From Eledone cirrhosa (lineage: Eukaryota), in assembly GCA_964016885.1 (NCBI GenBank), contig OZ024740.1, positions 152,768,001 through 152,832,000 of the forward strand: a stretch of 64,000 nt of DNA, given 5' to 3'. Below, one piece after another: positions 41,420-55,000 of the stretch. A model generated the notes under the pieces. It was not told the DNA's origin and did no database searches. It was given only the letters and a program-made list of their open reading frames with translations. The translations under genes were made by a program, and so were the position numbers. The stretch's first letter is position 1, and every line of letters starts with the position of its first letter.

Positions 41420-41750
41420 GGTTCCGATGATGTTTGTTCTCGTTTGATCAAAGGAATAGCCTGCTAATGAAATTAAGGTGAAAGTGCCCGAACATTCCAC
41501 ATGCGTGTGTGCCCTTAGCGTAGTCCTCAAAGGAATACAGCATGACACAGAAACATAGCCGGGCCTTTGAAATACAGGTACAATTCATTTGTTTTTTTTT
41601 GGGGGGGGGGGGGGGGGGGGGGCAAATGAGTGAACTTACCAACATGCAAAAAAGAGTTTTGCTCAAGCATACAATGTGCCACAGTGAATCAAACACACGA
41701 CCTTGTGATCGTGAGTTGAACACCCTAACAACTAAGCCATGCACCTTCAT
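41420..41750 (-). mobile_element. SINE family B
   Basis: Colinear with 8428-8696. Confidence 0.7.
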
Positions 41751-42652
41751 TAAATATTAGCATTCACGAACATAATGATACGCTCAGATCTAATCCAGAT
41801 ATATTTGGACCACAATAACAATTGACAGTGCTGCACCATAAACACACCTATATATTAAATAATAAATATTTATACTAGAACACAGCGTATATTACAAGGT
41901 TAAGGTAACTGTAATGTAGAGATTACTACAGTTTTTTATTCTATTTATTCTGGAAGCCTCATTGTAGAAAGTGCTTACATTTCATGTGTAAATAGTGTTA
42001 AGTGTTTAAATTTCAGTCTTTTCACATCGAGATTTCTAATAAAATAACTGTACTTATTAAATTTACCTTAAATACCTATACGTATTTGTGTTAGACATCC
42101 GTCGTTTCCGACAATGTGCTCTTGCGAACTTAACAAGCAAGTGGCTAAGCATTCCACAGATACGTACATCCTAAGTAGCTAAGTGGATTGGAGCAACGTA
42201 AAATAAACTGTTTTGATCAAGTACACAAGTACACGCTCCATCTCATGACCATGAGATTTATGAACATTGGTGTTCAGAAATCTCATGCCAAAAATAGCAT
42301 TAATCAGCCAGAAATCTTATATCAAAAATAATACTAATACACACAGAGTTCACTTAACTCTTGACAGGCTTCATTGACCCGCAGCTTATCTCATCTCTAA
42401 AGCAATATACACAGAACATTGCAGAACAGAAAACTGATTGATAAAACTACAATTCTAAGTCAGGATACAGGAAATCTTTGATAAGTAGCATGATTGACTT
42501 CACAAAAATCTCTTGTCAGAAATAACAATGGAAGTAATAACCTCAAATTTTTGGTCGAAGCACATCATTGATATACTTCAATTTCAAAATAAAAGGCAAC
42601 AGTCAGATTAAAATATATTATTCTAAATCAAGAGTAAATTTCATACTTAATA

Positions 42653-42784
<132 letters not shown>

Positions 42785-42811
42785 CTATTTATAAAACTGT
42801 TATATATTGTA

Positions 42812-42872
42812 TTTTGTCTGATGAAGGCATACCATAATGTAACTTGGTATCCTTGAAATATATATAATGAAA
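42812..42872 (+). ncRNA. Hammerhead motif, single-arm copy (42781-42915) of the 26425 family
   Basis: TTTTGT-CTGATGA-AGG..CCT-T-GAAA-TATATA-TA-ATGAAA. Confidence 0.75.
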
Positions 42873-42913
42873 TAAATATGGTTTTATAAATATAGTTTCC
42901 ATTTATTAATATC

Positions 42914-42949
<36 letters not shown>

Positions 42950-42985
42950 TAGACAATTATTAAAGTTGTGTTCAAATCATTTAAT

Positions 42986-43030
42986 AGCTGACAATCGTTT
43001 CTTCCAAACTCTCATTTGGGGTCATCGGAG
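42986..43030 (-). ncRNA. Hammerhead motif in the 3' pLTR (second copy at 46935-46980)
   Basis: CT-CCGATGA-[CCCCAAAT GAGA GTTTGGAA]-GAAA-CGATTG-TC-AG; U4C core in both copies. Confidence 0.65.
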
Positions 43031-44315
43031 AATTATCAATGTTTGTACATGTAATTAACCTCCTATTCAACTGAACAATAATATAGATACATATATATTG
43101 ATGTTGTGGGCAACAGTTTCGTATTTACAGGGTGGAATGGATGTGACATATATTTTACGAGAATTGTACAAAAATTCAAATTCAAATTCAAATTAAAAGC
43201 ACAGAGTGGAATACATGCAACAGATAATACAAGAGGATAGTCTAATAATTAAAGAGGCATTGAGAAAGGCGCTTTGAGAAAGAAAGAGTACATTAGCAAT
43301 ACATATGCAGTCGTGTAGAAAGTGCACATGCGTTAGTCATATATATGAGAAGGAAATAAGCAAAGTTATTATGCATATAAAGATAAATAAATACTGTATT
43401 TTAAGCAAATATGTAATGTATTAAAATCTATGGTGGACGTAGTGTGTTGATAGTGTTTGAATTTGTGTGTGTTGAGAAGAACAAAGTTATTGCAGTCTCT
43501 TCCATTACATATGTTGAATTATATTTTAGTTAATGTTTGCACTGAATGTTTTAGGTTAGTTAAAGCAATGGATTGTAAATTAGTCATATTGTATTCTTAT
43601 TCATGGATTATAGTTGTTCAACAGGTAGGTTTTCCAACGGTTAATTTCCGGAAGTGAGTAAGGGGAGCTAATGCGTAAGGGGAGGTAACTAGTTAATTAA
43701 ATTCAGTTATTCAAAATCTTTGCTCTAATACACATTATAATGTGATACAATTGAATCTCTATTACATAATGCTATATATTTATACTTGATTTAAATACAG
43801 TGTATTTTATTATAATACATTAAAGGTCCCTTTAGATTGTTATCAATTCATTACTGGACATGATATATGTTATGGAAAATTGTATAGCTGTTTATATGTC
43901 CAAATAGAGATATCATTTATGTAATAATATACATTATTGTTTAAAAATTAATCCCTTATATACAATGCTATTACATTATATATTTAATTATAAATGTATA
44001 TATACTTTATTATTATTATATTGTGTTATTAATTTAAGTATTTAATTATATAAATGTATATATAGTTTATTATTACATATTACATTAAATGTCTCTACAT
44101 ATTAAATATCCATTACTGTATATAATATAATTAAGCTATAGTAGTTATACCAAAAGGTGGTAACTTTATGTTTAATTCTAACAGTTATTGCAGAGTATAA
44201 TGTTAGAGATACATAGGAGTTGTGTAGAGGAAAGAGCTGATCAAAGAGTCTGTAGCTGTGGGGGCTGATGTGAAGTGTTAATGGTGGTGGGGAATTCTAA
44301 TCTGACATTGTTATA

Positions 44316-46735
44316 CTAACAGCTAGGTTTAAAGTTATGGAACGAGTGACGGTAGCGGTGTTGGCACGAGGAAAATGTCTCTGACTTTCTATTAAGGAAG
44401 TCTAGTTTCGAAAAGATTATAGTATGGGTCTCTAGAAGACAGAGATTACACAATTTATTTGGTGGTTTATACGATGAGGCCCTACCTACTACTTCCCATT
44501 GCAGTGTAAATGGTCTATTCCTAGTTTTCAGAGAGTGTACGTAGCTAGATAAAGAAGTGGAGTTGGCTAGATTGTGTTTTTTGAAAGAGTGGAGGTGCGA
44601 GTTGTATCTCGTCTTGAAGCTGTTCGAAGTAGAGCCGATATATGTTTTAGAAGAGTTGTTTGCGTTGATGATGTCTTTGGTTAAGCAATTATTACCTAAG
44701 GGGCAAGTTCTATTAGTTCTACAGTTACATTTATTCTGGATGTTAGCTTGCCGGTTACTATGTTGTAAAGAATTCTGTTTGCTAGGGATAGCACTAGGGT
44801 AATGATGTCTGTCATTCGTATTGTTATTGATTTCATTAGTGTTATTATCATTATTACTATTATTACTACTATTGTTTACAGGTACTAAGTTTACCTCCTG
44901 TTGTGTTTTAATTAGTTGGAAATAATTATTAATCTTCCTTTTATTACTACTAGCTATATGGTATGCTATGTTAGGTGTGGTGGAGTACGACATTTTAATG
45001 GTATTTTTATTGATAAGATTATGGTACTTGTGGCCGGACGGGAACTTTTTTCCAAGATTGAGAAGAAAGCCTTAGGCAAGTTGGTAGAGATGTTTAGATT
45101 GAAAGGGGGATTGAAGAATGTATTAGTTCTTCTATTTTTGTTTTTAGTACTGTTTTTTTAGGTATTTGTATCCCTATTTATATTATTATCGTGGTGTTTA
45201 CTTTGGTGCGAGTTAAGTTTGGTATTACCCTTCGTCTTAGAGTTATAGTGGCTAGTGCTTTTATTATTTTTCCTCATGGCCATATTATGAGAAATAATGT
45301 TGTAACTATGTGATTTTATAGGTAGGAATTCAATCCCATTCTTATGTGCTGATTTAGCTAAGGCCTCATTATAGTATTGTGAATTATTGTTAAATATGGT
45401 TTCATTATATGATAGATTAGACATTCTATTAGTAATAGAGGTTAATATGGATTTAGGGTGGTTAGAGTTGGTATACGCAGAAATTAGTTTTTCGTTAGGT
45501 TTATGAAAGAGTGTGTATATTTTAGAGTCTAGGCAAAGGGTAGCATCAAGGAAGTTAACGTTTTTAGTGTTTTTATCTAAGGTGATATTTAAGTTGAAAT
45601 CTTTGAAAATTTTGTGTAATTATTTCCTAGTTTTTTCTATATTAAATTTTGTATAGTCTATAAGGAGTAGTGCATCATCGCGGTATAAACCACCGTTGAG
45701 GTAGGGTAGGTTCTTATGAATTTCATTAAGTAGATATAGGCCCACCAAATCAGTAATCTTCACCGAGTCACTAGATCCCATAGTTATGTCAAAGTTGTTA
45801 TGCATATCCTTGCGGGTCCATAATTGGTCTTCAAATGTAATTATGGTTTTTCGGGCCGCAAGTATGACATTAATTTGGGATCTAGTCAGGTCACTATTGT
45901 TCATGGCCATAATTAAAGCCTTATTTAATAGGATAGGGGAAATAGAGGTGTAGTATGAATTGATATCAAATTGTATAAATGTTTTATTTTTACTCTCTTT
46001 AATACCCTTGAACCATTCAATAACTTCACCTGTATTTCCCCATTCGTTAAGATATATTTTGTGCTTAAATTGTGGGATGATTCTATCTAATATTTTCTTG
46101 CTGATAATACCAATGTCAGATTTGGAAGGGCAAATTAGTCTTATTGAAGGGTTACAAATAAAGTCTTCTTTATGGTCCTTCGGAGAGAATCTTGGGGGAT
46201 TAGGGGTGTATGGCTGTGTATGTCTCTGAAGTCCTAATTTACATACGGCCTTCTATATTTATATCTTCGAGGTTTTTATTAGTTGTTTTCTTGTAGCTCC
46301 TATGCAGTTCCTTATATATAAATTTTCTATAATTATCGTAATCTAAGCTATATATATTATTAGTTTTATCTGCATGTACTATGATTTTTTTTTCTTTTAT
46401 TAAATCCTTTAATAGTGGAGTTAAGGTTGTTTAAGGTGTTATTTCTATTACGATGTTTTTTTGTATCTTATGTTCTTAACTAGTTTAATTAGATCATTTT
46501 CAAAAGAGTTTAATAAGGTGTTGTGAGGAGGGCTTTTAAATGTTTTAAAGCCGTAAGTGTCGAAGTTATTAGTATCTCTGTTTTTGTCTGAACGGTTTCT
46601 ATCGTAATGGAATGTCCTCCATCTCACTCTATTGATAAAAGAATTGACACTATTAATCAATAATTTGTCATATGTATCTTTAGGTGGTATTGGTATGTTC
46701 TTAATAGACATAGGAAGGTAATCTTTGATAAACAT
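44316..46735 (-). pseudogene. PLE RT + GIY-YIG polyprotein, disrupted
   Basis: ORFs 46448-46735, 45620-45910, 45158-45424 and 44316-44993. Confidence 0.88.
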
Positions 46736-47094
46736 ACTGGTAATTTAATATATGTTAGCTCAACCGTGTGGAGCAGTAAATAATATAAACAACTATAAAC
46801 AGGAAAGGTCAGTAATTTCCTACTACCTTATTACCAGTAAGAGAAATAGCTTAATGTAAGAACATCAGTTGTTTTACAGAGCAGGAAAATAAATAATTTA
46901 GACAATTATCATAGATGTGTTCAAATCATTTAATAGTTGACAATCGTTTCTTCCAAACTCTCATTTGAAGTCATCGGAGCATTATCAATGTTTGTACATG
47001 TAATTAACTTCCTATTCAACTGAACAATAATATAGATACATATATATTGATGTTGTGAGCAACAGTTTCGTATTTACATTATTATTATTATTAT

Positions 47095-47160
<66 letters not shown>

Positions 47161-47163
<3 letters not shown>

Positions 47164-47262
47164 GGGGTGTCTCCGCAAAACGTATACACACTTTGATTAC
47201 CTGTACAGGCAATATTTATTAGGATGTTGTTGAAGTGTGTATACACCTTTTGGGACACCATG
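47161..47262. mobile_element. ~100 bp Tc1/mariner-type MITE (second copy at 55853-55952)
   Basis: Imperfect TIRs ca.gg.gtgtc.c..aaaa.gtatacac / gtgtatacac.ttttgggacaccatg; TA flanks; shared core ctttgattacctgtacaggcaatatttatta. Confidence 0.75.
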
Positions 47263-47318
47263 TATATATATATTTATGTATATAATATACAGGGTCTCTC
47301 TCACTCTCTCTCTCTCTC

Positions 47319-47401
<83 letters not shown>

Positions 47402-47403
<2 letters not shown>

Positions 47404-47535
47404 CGAAGGAAGTGTGGTAAGGAACCAGGTGGACCGTAACGCACCAGAGTACTCAATACTTAGGATAGTAGAGTGGGTAATAGGAAAAGACCCCGACGGC
47501 AGAACTGAAGCCGTTTCGACGGCTATTTCTGGACT

Positions 47536-47540
<5 letters not shown>
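47402..47540 (-). mobile_element. (TA)n-inserted short repeat; family members at 57867-58060, 29281-29390 and 15746-15792
   Basis: acgaaggaagtgtggtaaggaaccaggtggacc.taacgcaccagagtactcaatact is shared. Confidence 0.8.
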
Positions 47541-47599
<59 letters not shown>

Positions 47600-47600
<1 letters not shown>

Positions 47601-48247
47601 TAATGTACCGTCCGGCCGGCGCCCGGCTAGGTATACCTGCCTCCACCACTCCACTGAAAAGATACCACACACCCTCCCATGTCACATTGTCCTTCCGACG
47701 TCGTTGCAAAGGGGGAGCTACCGTATAAATCGGCCAACTGTTCCCATCACGTGTGCTTGGAGCATGCCTGTGCGTGTATACGCAGCGTGTGTATGTACTG
47801 CCCAGTGGGTGTACGTGCGCAGAGGCACAGACAACCCGTCAATTCGGTCTCACAACTGTGTACTGGCTGTAACATTGGTTAAAAATTTCAAGTCTGCAGA
47901 AAGCCGTTAAAGAACAGATTTCGGTAACAACTGCAAGAAGGTGGCCCTAAAAAGGGCCGTTGTTCGTTCACTGTTGAATTTATCCGGACACATCATGATA
48001 TCCGATACCTATCCAGGTATTACGAATGACTTCTGGTGGGATTTTGGCCCATGCAATGGCGACCCATAGGGTTAATAAAATGGGGAATCCGTTGCAAGGT
48101 CTGTCAATCCATGTACAGCCGTAATGAAAATTCCACATTACAAAAATACAAAACATACATACGACGCTCCGGAAAGTAAAAGAGTGTTGTCATATAGAGA
48201 GTAAAGAGAGGCAGAGAGTAAAGCAGTTAAATTATAGAGAGGGTGAA

Positions 48248-48327
<80 letters not shown>

Positions 48328-48459
48328 CGCTCAGCTTTATAATATTTGAGAGTGAAGAGCGACAGAAAGAGTAAAGCAGTTAAATTATGGAGAGGGGGAA
48401 TGATCTATTATAGAGAGAGGGAAGAACGACGGAGAGAGTAAAAGAGGGAGAGAGTAAAA

Positions 48460-48514
<55 letters not shown>

Positions 48515-48831
48515 GACGCTCAGCTTTATAATATTTGAGAGTGAAGAGCGACAGAAAGAGTAAAGCAGTTAAATTATGGAGAGGGGGAATGATCTATTAT
48601 AGAGAGAGGGAAGAACGACGGAGAGAGTAAAAGAGGGAGAGAGAGAGACGACGCTCAGTTTTATAATATTTTAGAGGGAAGAGCGACAGAGAGAGTAAAG
48701 CAGTTAAATTATAGAGAGGGGGAATGATCTATTATAGAGAGAGGGAAGAGCGACGGAGAGAGTAAAGCTAAGAAACTATAGGGCGGTGTGTAGGATACAT
48801 ACATACATAATACACACGACACTCAGCTTTA

Positions 48832-48840
<9 letters not shown>
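47600..48840 (-). mobile_element. Non-autonomous Helitron-like element with internal tandem repeats
   Basis: Minus-strand 3' end is a GC hairpin ccgggcgccggccgg, ~10 nt, then TTAG|T; the other end is acactcagctttataatattata; internal ~130-190 bp GA-rich repeats at 48200-48770. Confidence 0.55.
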
Positions 48841-48917
<77 letters not shown>

Positions 48918-48918
<1 letters not shown>

Positions 48919-50298
48919 TAGCAGTGTATCCCGGCATTGCATGGGTAAGAACATTGGTAATAGCACCTCCAGTGAGAAACGTTTATTTGTGAGTGCCTGT
49001 TAAAAACTCACGAAAATATACCGACAGGAAACTTGTTTTATTTGGAGAAAATTAAGAAGTTGAAAGTACAGTTTAGCTGTCTACGTGCAGTGTTCATAGA
49101 AATATTGTTGAGCCCCTTCTTTTTGGAGTAAATGTGAAAGAGTCACAGGTTAAGTTGGGAGAAGGTTCCAGTGCCATAGCAGTAAGGTGTAGGCTACTTA
49201 CCTCAAAAGTTCATTCACACTCTTTCCACTAAGTTACTCTTTCTCTCTATCCCTCTCGGTGCAGTCACTTGCGAATTTCTCGCGTAGGCCTGGTGTAGAT
49301 TTGCACCCGATCCATCTACCGGATGCACATCTCCGCTTTGTACGGCTTTTGGAGGAAGGGGTGACCAGCAGTACGTTGTTCGGTATTATTATGAAAAGGT
49401 ATAGCAGAGAATCCCGCGTGAACTAACAGCTCGGGAGGAAACTGCTTACTTCGAAGATTCATTCGTCATCGTTCTTGTCAACGCTCCGTTTAGTTGGTAT
49501 TTGTTGGTCTACAGTTAGATGAATGGCGCACAAAGGGTTAATGTTTATTGGCAAGAAGTTTTTTGATTAATAGAAGACGGGTTAAAGCGACCTACAATGT
49601 ATCATTCTGCGTTGATGTTAGCGGTTTTCGTTATTGTCAATGGGTTTTTGGGACAGCAAATTCGAGACCCTTCTGTTTCTCCCTCCATAAACTGACTACT
49701 ATGAAGACCATTCTATGTTGGACTACGGATGGAAATGCAGAACGCAAAGGTGAAAGTTCAGTGGTAATGAGAGTCCTATGTAGCAGCAGTAACATTGACA
49801 TTGCTTACAACGTGTGCTTTCACCCTTAACGGCATCTTCTGAAACTAAAAAAATCAATCTGTGAACGCAGAAGTAAATATCTCGAAAAACGTTGCAACCG
49901 AAGGAAAACAGGAAGACGATACTTTGGTTCGTGACAATGAACGGAAAATAGCGAAGAAAATACGTCATCAATGAGAACAATGTTTGTCATAATGTCGTAA
50001 TGCATTCAGACAGACATACAGACAGATATTATAAGGGCGCGACGTTATAGCTATGTATCTATCTAAAAAGACAGACTAAGAAAGAGAGAGAGATCGATAA
50101 CCAGCGCCTAACACCCCTTTAACAACAGAAAATTGAAAAATAAAAGCTGCAGTTAATATCTTTAGACCGCAAGGAATATATAAATGCAAGTTTGAAGTCA
50201 ATCGGAGTAGAAATGTGGATTTGTATAGACTTTGCAAAAATTAGGGGACACACACACACACACACACACACACAATTTCAGTTTTAATTATATGTATA
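48918..50298 (-). mobile_element. Non-autonomous Helitron-like element
   Basis: Minus-strand 3' end cccatgcaatgccggg-atacactg-CTAG|T; near the other end aagtttgaagtcaatcgg..(CA)n-aatttcagttttaattata, an arrangement typical of Lep1-like Helitrons. Confidence 0.65.
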
Positions 50299-50392
50299 TA
50301 ATGTAGGAGGTGAGTTTTATTGTAATACAATAAAGCAATGCAGATATCGGATAAGTAGCACTCTACAGTTTGTAGGACTGGAGTATAAATAA

Positions 50393-50450
50393 TTGTGAAT
50401 AGTGCAGTTTTAAATCAACATATGTTGATTTAAAACTGCACTATTCACAA
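50393..50450. repeat. Perfect 58-bp palindrome
   Basis: ttgtgaatagtgcagttttaaatcaacat|atgttgatttaaaactgcactattcacaa. Confidence 0.95.
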
Positions 50451-50484
50451 GTGTTTTTTAACCTTCATATCATGTCTCCCTATT

Positions 50485-50547
50485 TTATCTGACGAAAACG
50501 CAAATGTCATCGCATGATGATATTTGTTTTTGAAATGCGCATAATTA
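50485..50547 (+). ncRNA. Type I hammerhead motif
   Basis: AT-CTGACGA-AAACG CAAATGTCATC GCAT GATGATATTTG TTTTT-GAAA-TGCGCA-TA-AT; stem I is weak. Confidence 0.65.
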
Positions 50548-50669
50548 AATACATGGAACTCTTTTAACCATCTTTTGTATATATATATATATATATATAT
50601 TGAGAGAGTGAGAGAGAGAGAGGGGGGAGAGAGAGAGAGGGGGGAGAGAGAGAGAGTCTGCAGTGCTGA

Positions 50670-51270
50670 GACCGGGTCTGACAATCAATCTGGCCAAGAC
50701 AGTTACAATGCACCAACTTGCTCCGAGCAAAGATTTCACTGAGCCTACCATTTATGTGTATGACAAAACATTGAAAGTTGTGAACAAATTGATGTATTTA
50801 TGCAGCACAGTTAGCATGTTTAGTCTTCATTGTTGTATGCATGAAAAACTTGGATCACATACCACCGAAATATAAAATGCTTGAATGCTTGAACATTTTC
50901 ATCAGCAGTGTCTTCGTTGAGTACTCGGTATATATTGGCAATCACATATTAGTGATGTTGAAGTGCTGGAACCAAGTCATTTTGAAAATATTGAAGCTCT
51001 CACAATTCAATGTAGATTGCACTGGAGCGGCCATATTGTAAGAATGCCAGATCATCGTATTCCTAAGCAGTTTATGTATGGGGAGTTAGTCAAAGGCAAA
51101 TGACCAAGGCCTAAACCAAAACTTATAAAGGCTGCTTTGATAAAGTTTAAAATATCAGAGAAGATAACTGGAACGACATTGGAGGAAAACAGTGTTTAAT
51201 GAAAAACAGGAATTTGAAAAATCTCGTGTGGAGCATGAAAAATTAAAGGCGTCTGCGTAAGATTCTGCAT
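50670..51270 (+). mobile_element. RTE (BovB-like) LINE fragment
   Basis: GLTINLAKT..MHQ, LKVVNKLMYLCST, LHWSGHIVRMPDHRIPKQFMYGEL. Confidence 0.75.
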
Positions 51271-51399
51271 GATATTACGTTACCTAGATTTTCAGATGCT
51301 CAAGGTTTTCTCTCCAACATAGCTGTATACATATAAGTATGTATAAAGCAGGCTGGTAGGTAGGTAGATAGGTAGATAGGTAGGTAGGTAGAAAGATAA

Positions 51400-51692
51400 G
51401 TTTCTTTTATTTGCCACTAGGGCATCAAAAGTGGGACAAGTACAAAGGGGGGAGTTTACACAAAAAGGCGTCCTCAATAAGGAGGAGGCAATAACAAAAT
51501 ATAAAAATAAAATAAGATATAACAAAAAATAAAATTTTTAACAAAATCCTCAATAGAGAGGAGGCGCCTTGGGGGGTCGCACACACCCCCGAAAAAAGTG
51601 TGCAACCCTTTTCCTCAGGAGCACAGAGAGGGGGTGCTCCCTCGTTCCTTCCTCTTTTCCACCTACAGGCTTATGTAAAGAGAAGGCCCATA
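51400..51692 (-). mobile_element. Tx1-like LINE 3' end fragment within (TAGG)n
   Basis: Minus strand: GPSLYISL* then 3' UTR ending gtggcaaataaaagaaa, like copies 2 and 3. Confidence 0.75.
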
Positions 51693-51978
51693 GGCAGGTA
51701 GGTAGGTAGGTAAAAAGATAGGTAGGTAGGTAGGTAGGTAGGTAGGTAGGTAGGTAGGTAGGTAGGTAGGTAGGTAGATGGGTAGGTAGGTACGTAGGTA
51801 AAAAGATAGGTAGGTCGGTAGGTAGGTAGGTAGGTAGGTAGGTAGGTAGATAGGTAGGTAGGTAGATAGGTAGGTAGGTAGGTAGAAAGATGGGTAGGTA
51901 GGTGGGTATGTTAGTTGGTAGAAAGATAGGTAGGTGGGTATGTAGGTATGTAGGTGGGTAGCTATGTAGCTAGGTAGT
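51693..51978. repeat. (TAGG)n imperfect microsatellite
   Basis: Directly visible. Confidence 0.95.
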
Positions 51979-52054
51979 TAAACAGCTTTGGAACATCTAC
52001 CCTTTTGTAGTAGTCACAAGAAGCCAACAAATGTGATTATTATTATTAAATCTA

Positions 52055-55000
52055 CCTACATACCCCTCCCACACGCCCCTGATGACGATTCACCAGACGA
52101 AGCTACTTCTCCATCCCCAAGTGAAGATGAAGGGGAGCCTTGGAAATCAAAAAAACAAAAAAGAGACACCGCAAATCCACAAAAACAACAATCACCAACA
52201 CGAACACACAACACAAACACCACCACAATCACCTAAATGGAGATTGAACAACCCGATCTCCAGGAAACGAAAAGGTAAGTGCATCTTTTCGTCCTTTTTG
52301 CCAACTCTTCTCCAACAACATGGCTGACTTACGAGTTGAAAGCCTCAAAAATCTAATCGGCCAATTCCAACTGGCCGATAGGTATCGACTAGATTTCCCG
52401 ACTGCACCACAGTGGACGTGGGCAAACCGCAGCGGGACATCTAGATCGTATTTAGATAGGTTTTTCATTAGAGAGAAGGACAAGAAGATGTTAAGCTGTC
52501 CACAAATGCACATGGTTGCCTATTCAGATCACAAACTAGTCGTCTGCATAGTCAACCGTGATAGAATACATAGACAAGGACCCGGATGCTGGAAGCTGAA
52601 CGTGTCGTTGCCGGCACGTAAAGCCTACAGTGAACGGATAAGTAGATTAGTTAAGCAAGAGTTGACGGGAGCCATCGTCAACAATAGATGGTGGTACTCT
52701 CTCAAGAGAGCAATTAGAGTAGAATCGATAGGGCTTAGAAGAGAATTAGCTTTAGAGAAAAAAAAATCAGAAACAGAACTAGTAGCCAAGGTAGAAGAGG
52801 CGCTTAGGAGTGGCAACGCAGCTAGAGTGCTAGGATCGAGAACGGCACTGGACCAGTTCTTCGACGCGAAACACGAAGGCTGCGTAGTCAGAAGTAAATC
52901 ACGTGCTCTAGGAAACGAGGGAGCAAAAGCTGTTAGCTGGGCCCGAGTGGCGGAGCGAAAATGTGCAACAAGTCCACGATTCGGTCTTTGAAAGACCAAA
53001 ACGGACGCGTGCTACTTGACCCCAGAGAGATGTGCGCGGCCTTTCAGCGGCACTTTGCGCGACTGTTTGAGCAGAACGACGGTGCACCGAACGGGGCAAT
53101 GGATTTTGGTTCATACCTCGACGGCCTGTCGCATCTCTCGAGCATGGACGCCGCGTTCTGCGAAAGAACGATCACAGCCACTGAGATACGGGACGCTCTG
53201 GGCCGCTGCGGGAAACGCAAATCCCCCGGTCTAGATGGTCTATCCTATGAGTTTTACATAGGCATGCCGGACTTGTTCTCTGGCGTCCCCGAAGCCGTCT
53301 ACTGCAATTGGCAGCAGAACGGGAGAATTCCCAGTTCTGCAGGCAAGGGCGTAGTAACGCTGATCAGGCAAGACGAGAACAAGGAGGACGAAATTAACAA
53401 CTTTAGGCCCATAACTCTGCTCAACACAGTTAAAGATTTTGGCCAAGGTGCTAGCAACGAGGCTGGTGCTTGTCGTCGAAAACCTGGTAGGGGAAGCGCA
53501 AACGTGTGCAATCCCGACCAGGTCCATACACAACAACCTCCACCTCATGCGATACATCATAGAGAGAGTGGGGTGTAAACGCGGCTTCAGTGGGGCTCTG
53601 ATCAATTTAGATCAGTCTAAGGCATTCGATAGGCATCGATACTTGGAAGCGGTTCTCAAGACGGCCGGTTTCGGTCCCGTTTTCAGGGGCTGGATCAAGG
53701 CGATGTACACCAGCATCTGCTCAAGGGTCAAGGTGAACGGCTACCTATCGGAGCCGTTTTCAATCACGCGTTTCATTCGATAGGGATGCCCTCTCTCCTC
53801 CATGCTGTACGTAATGACTCTAGAGCCACTACTGCGGAAGTTGGAGTTTTTGCAGGGCATCCCTTCTATCTGGGACTGCGAAAATCCGCGTCGGCATATG
53901 ACGACGACGTGACGGTAGTGGTGTCGAAAACCTCGGAAAGCGAGGTAATCGGCAACCTACTACAGGAATATTAAAGGTTCACAGGAGCAAAACTGAACCC
54001 GGGCAAGTCTGTCGGTTTGCAACTCGGAACGTGGAGAGGCAAACCGATGCCGTCCGACAGCATCGTCGGACGCTGGACGGAAGGACCAGTGAAATTGCTT
54101 GGGGTCTGGTTCGGTCCAGACCTCCAGGTGGAGAAAAACTGGAATGAGGTCATGGCCAAGGTATTTGCGCTCACCCAGAAGTGGACAGAGTGCAAACTAT
54201 CTTTAAAAGGTCGAGCGGAGGGGGCGAACACTTTCATAGCGCCCGTCATCTACTGCCGCTTGACTGTCGTGCCTTGTCCCCGTGAATACCTCACCAAGAT
54301 GGAACGCATGCTCTTCCAGTTCCTGTGGAAGAAGCAGGCTGGTGAGGAGATCGGTCTGCTATCACTCCAACGGAGGGCTGGGCATGCCGTGGCTAATGAT
54401 GCGCAAACATGCGCTGAGGCTACGGCATCTCCAGGTATTCCTCACCGACCAAACGGTGTGGGCACCGTTTGTGAGATAGGCCTTCCCACAACTTGTCTCA
54501 CTGACGGAGCTGCAGTCCTGGGTCAAGCGGAAACCGAAGAAAATGGGCGCCTGGCACATTGAATGCGCTCAGGCACTCACAGTCCTCTGTCAAGCGGGCA
54601 CAGCAATCAGTGAAGACTCCACTTCGACATTCTATAGAGGGTTAGTACTTTACAAGTGCGACGACGTGCTCGTGGAGACTCTAGGCGTCGAAGACGATGA
54701 GCTCACCAGTCTGTTTGGTAGGACTTTCCGCCCGGGACCTATGGAGAACTTCCAGAGGTCCCTGGCCTGGCAGTGCTACCGAGGAGTTCTACCCGTTCGA
54801 GATAAGATCTACAGGCACGGACGCCTCGGCAGGGATCCTTCCAAGAGGGCGTGTCCAAGATGCGAGCAGGCCATTGAAACCGTCTTGCAGCACGCAATTG
54901 TACACTGCCCGGGCGTAACTGACCTGTGGAACTATGCAGAACAACTGCTGTCGCGTATGGGACAAATCCAGTTGACTGCCGAGTCCATAGTAAGGATCAA

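Larger units (their letters stand above)
42947..47078 (-). mobile_element. Near full-length Naiad-type Penelope-like element with direct pLTRs (42947-43129 and 46896-47078), in (TA)n
   Basis: ORF pieces 46735 to 44316: SIKNIPIP..YGFKT, FDITMGS, GGLYRDD, CNCRTNRTCPLGNNCL, YIGST, CNLCLLE; ~183 bp direct repeats each carry a hammerhead motif. Confidence 0.92.

Noticed and set aside
48200-48770. Repeat-spacer pattern resembling a CRISPR array
   Set aside because: Eukaryotic context; units are whole tandem duplications with (GA)n of variable length; no unique spacers and no cas genes
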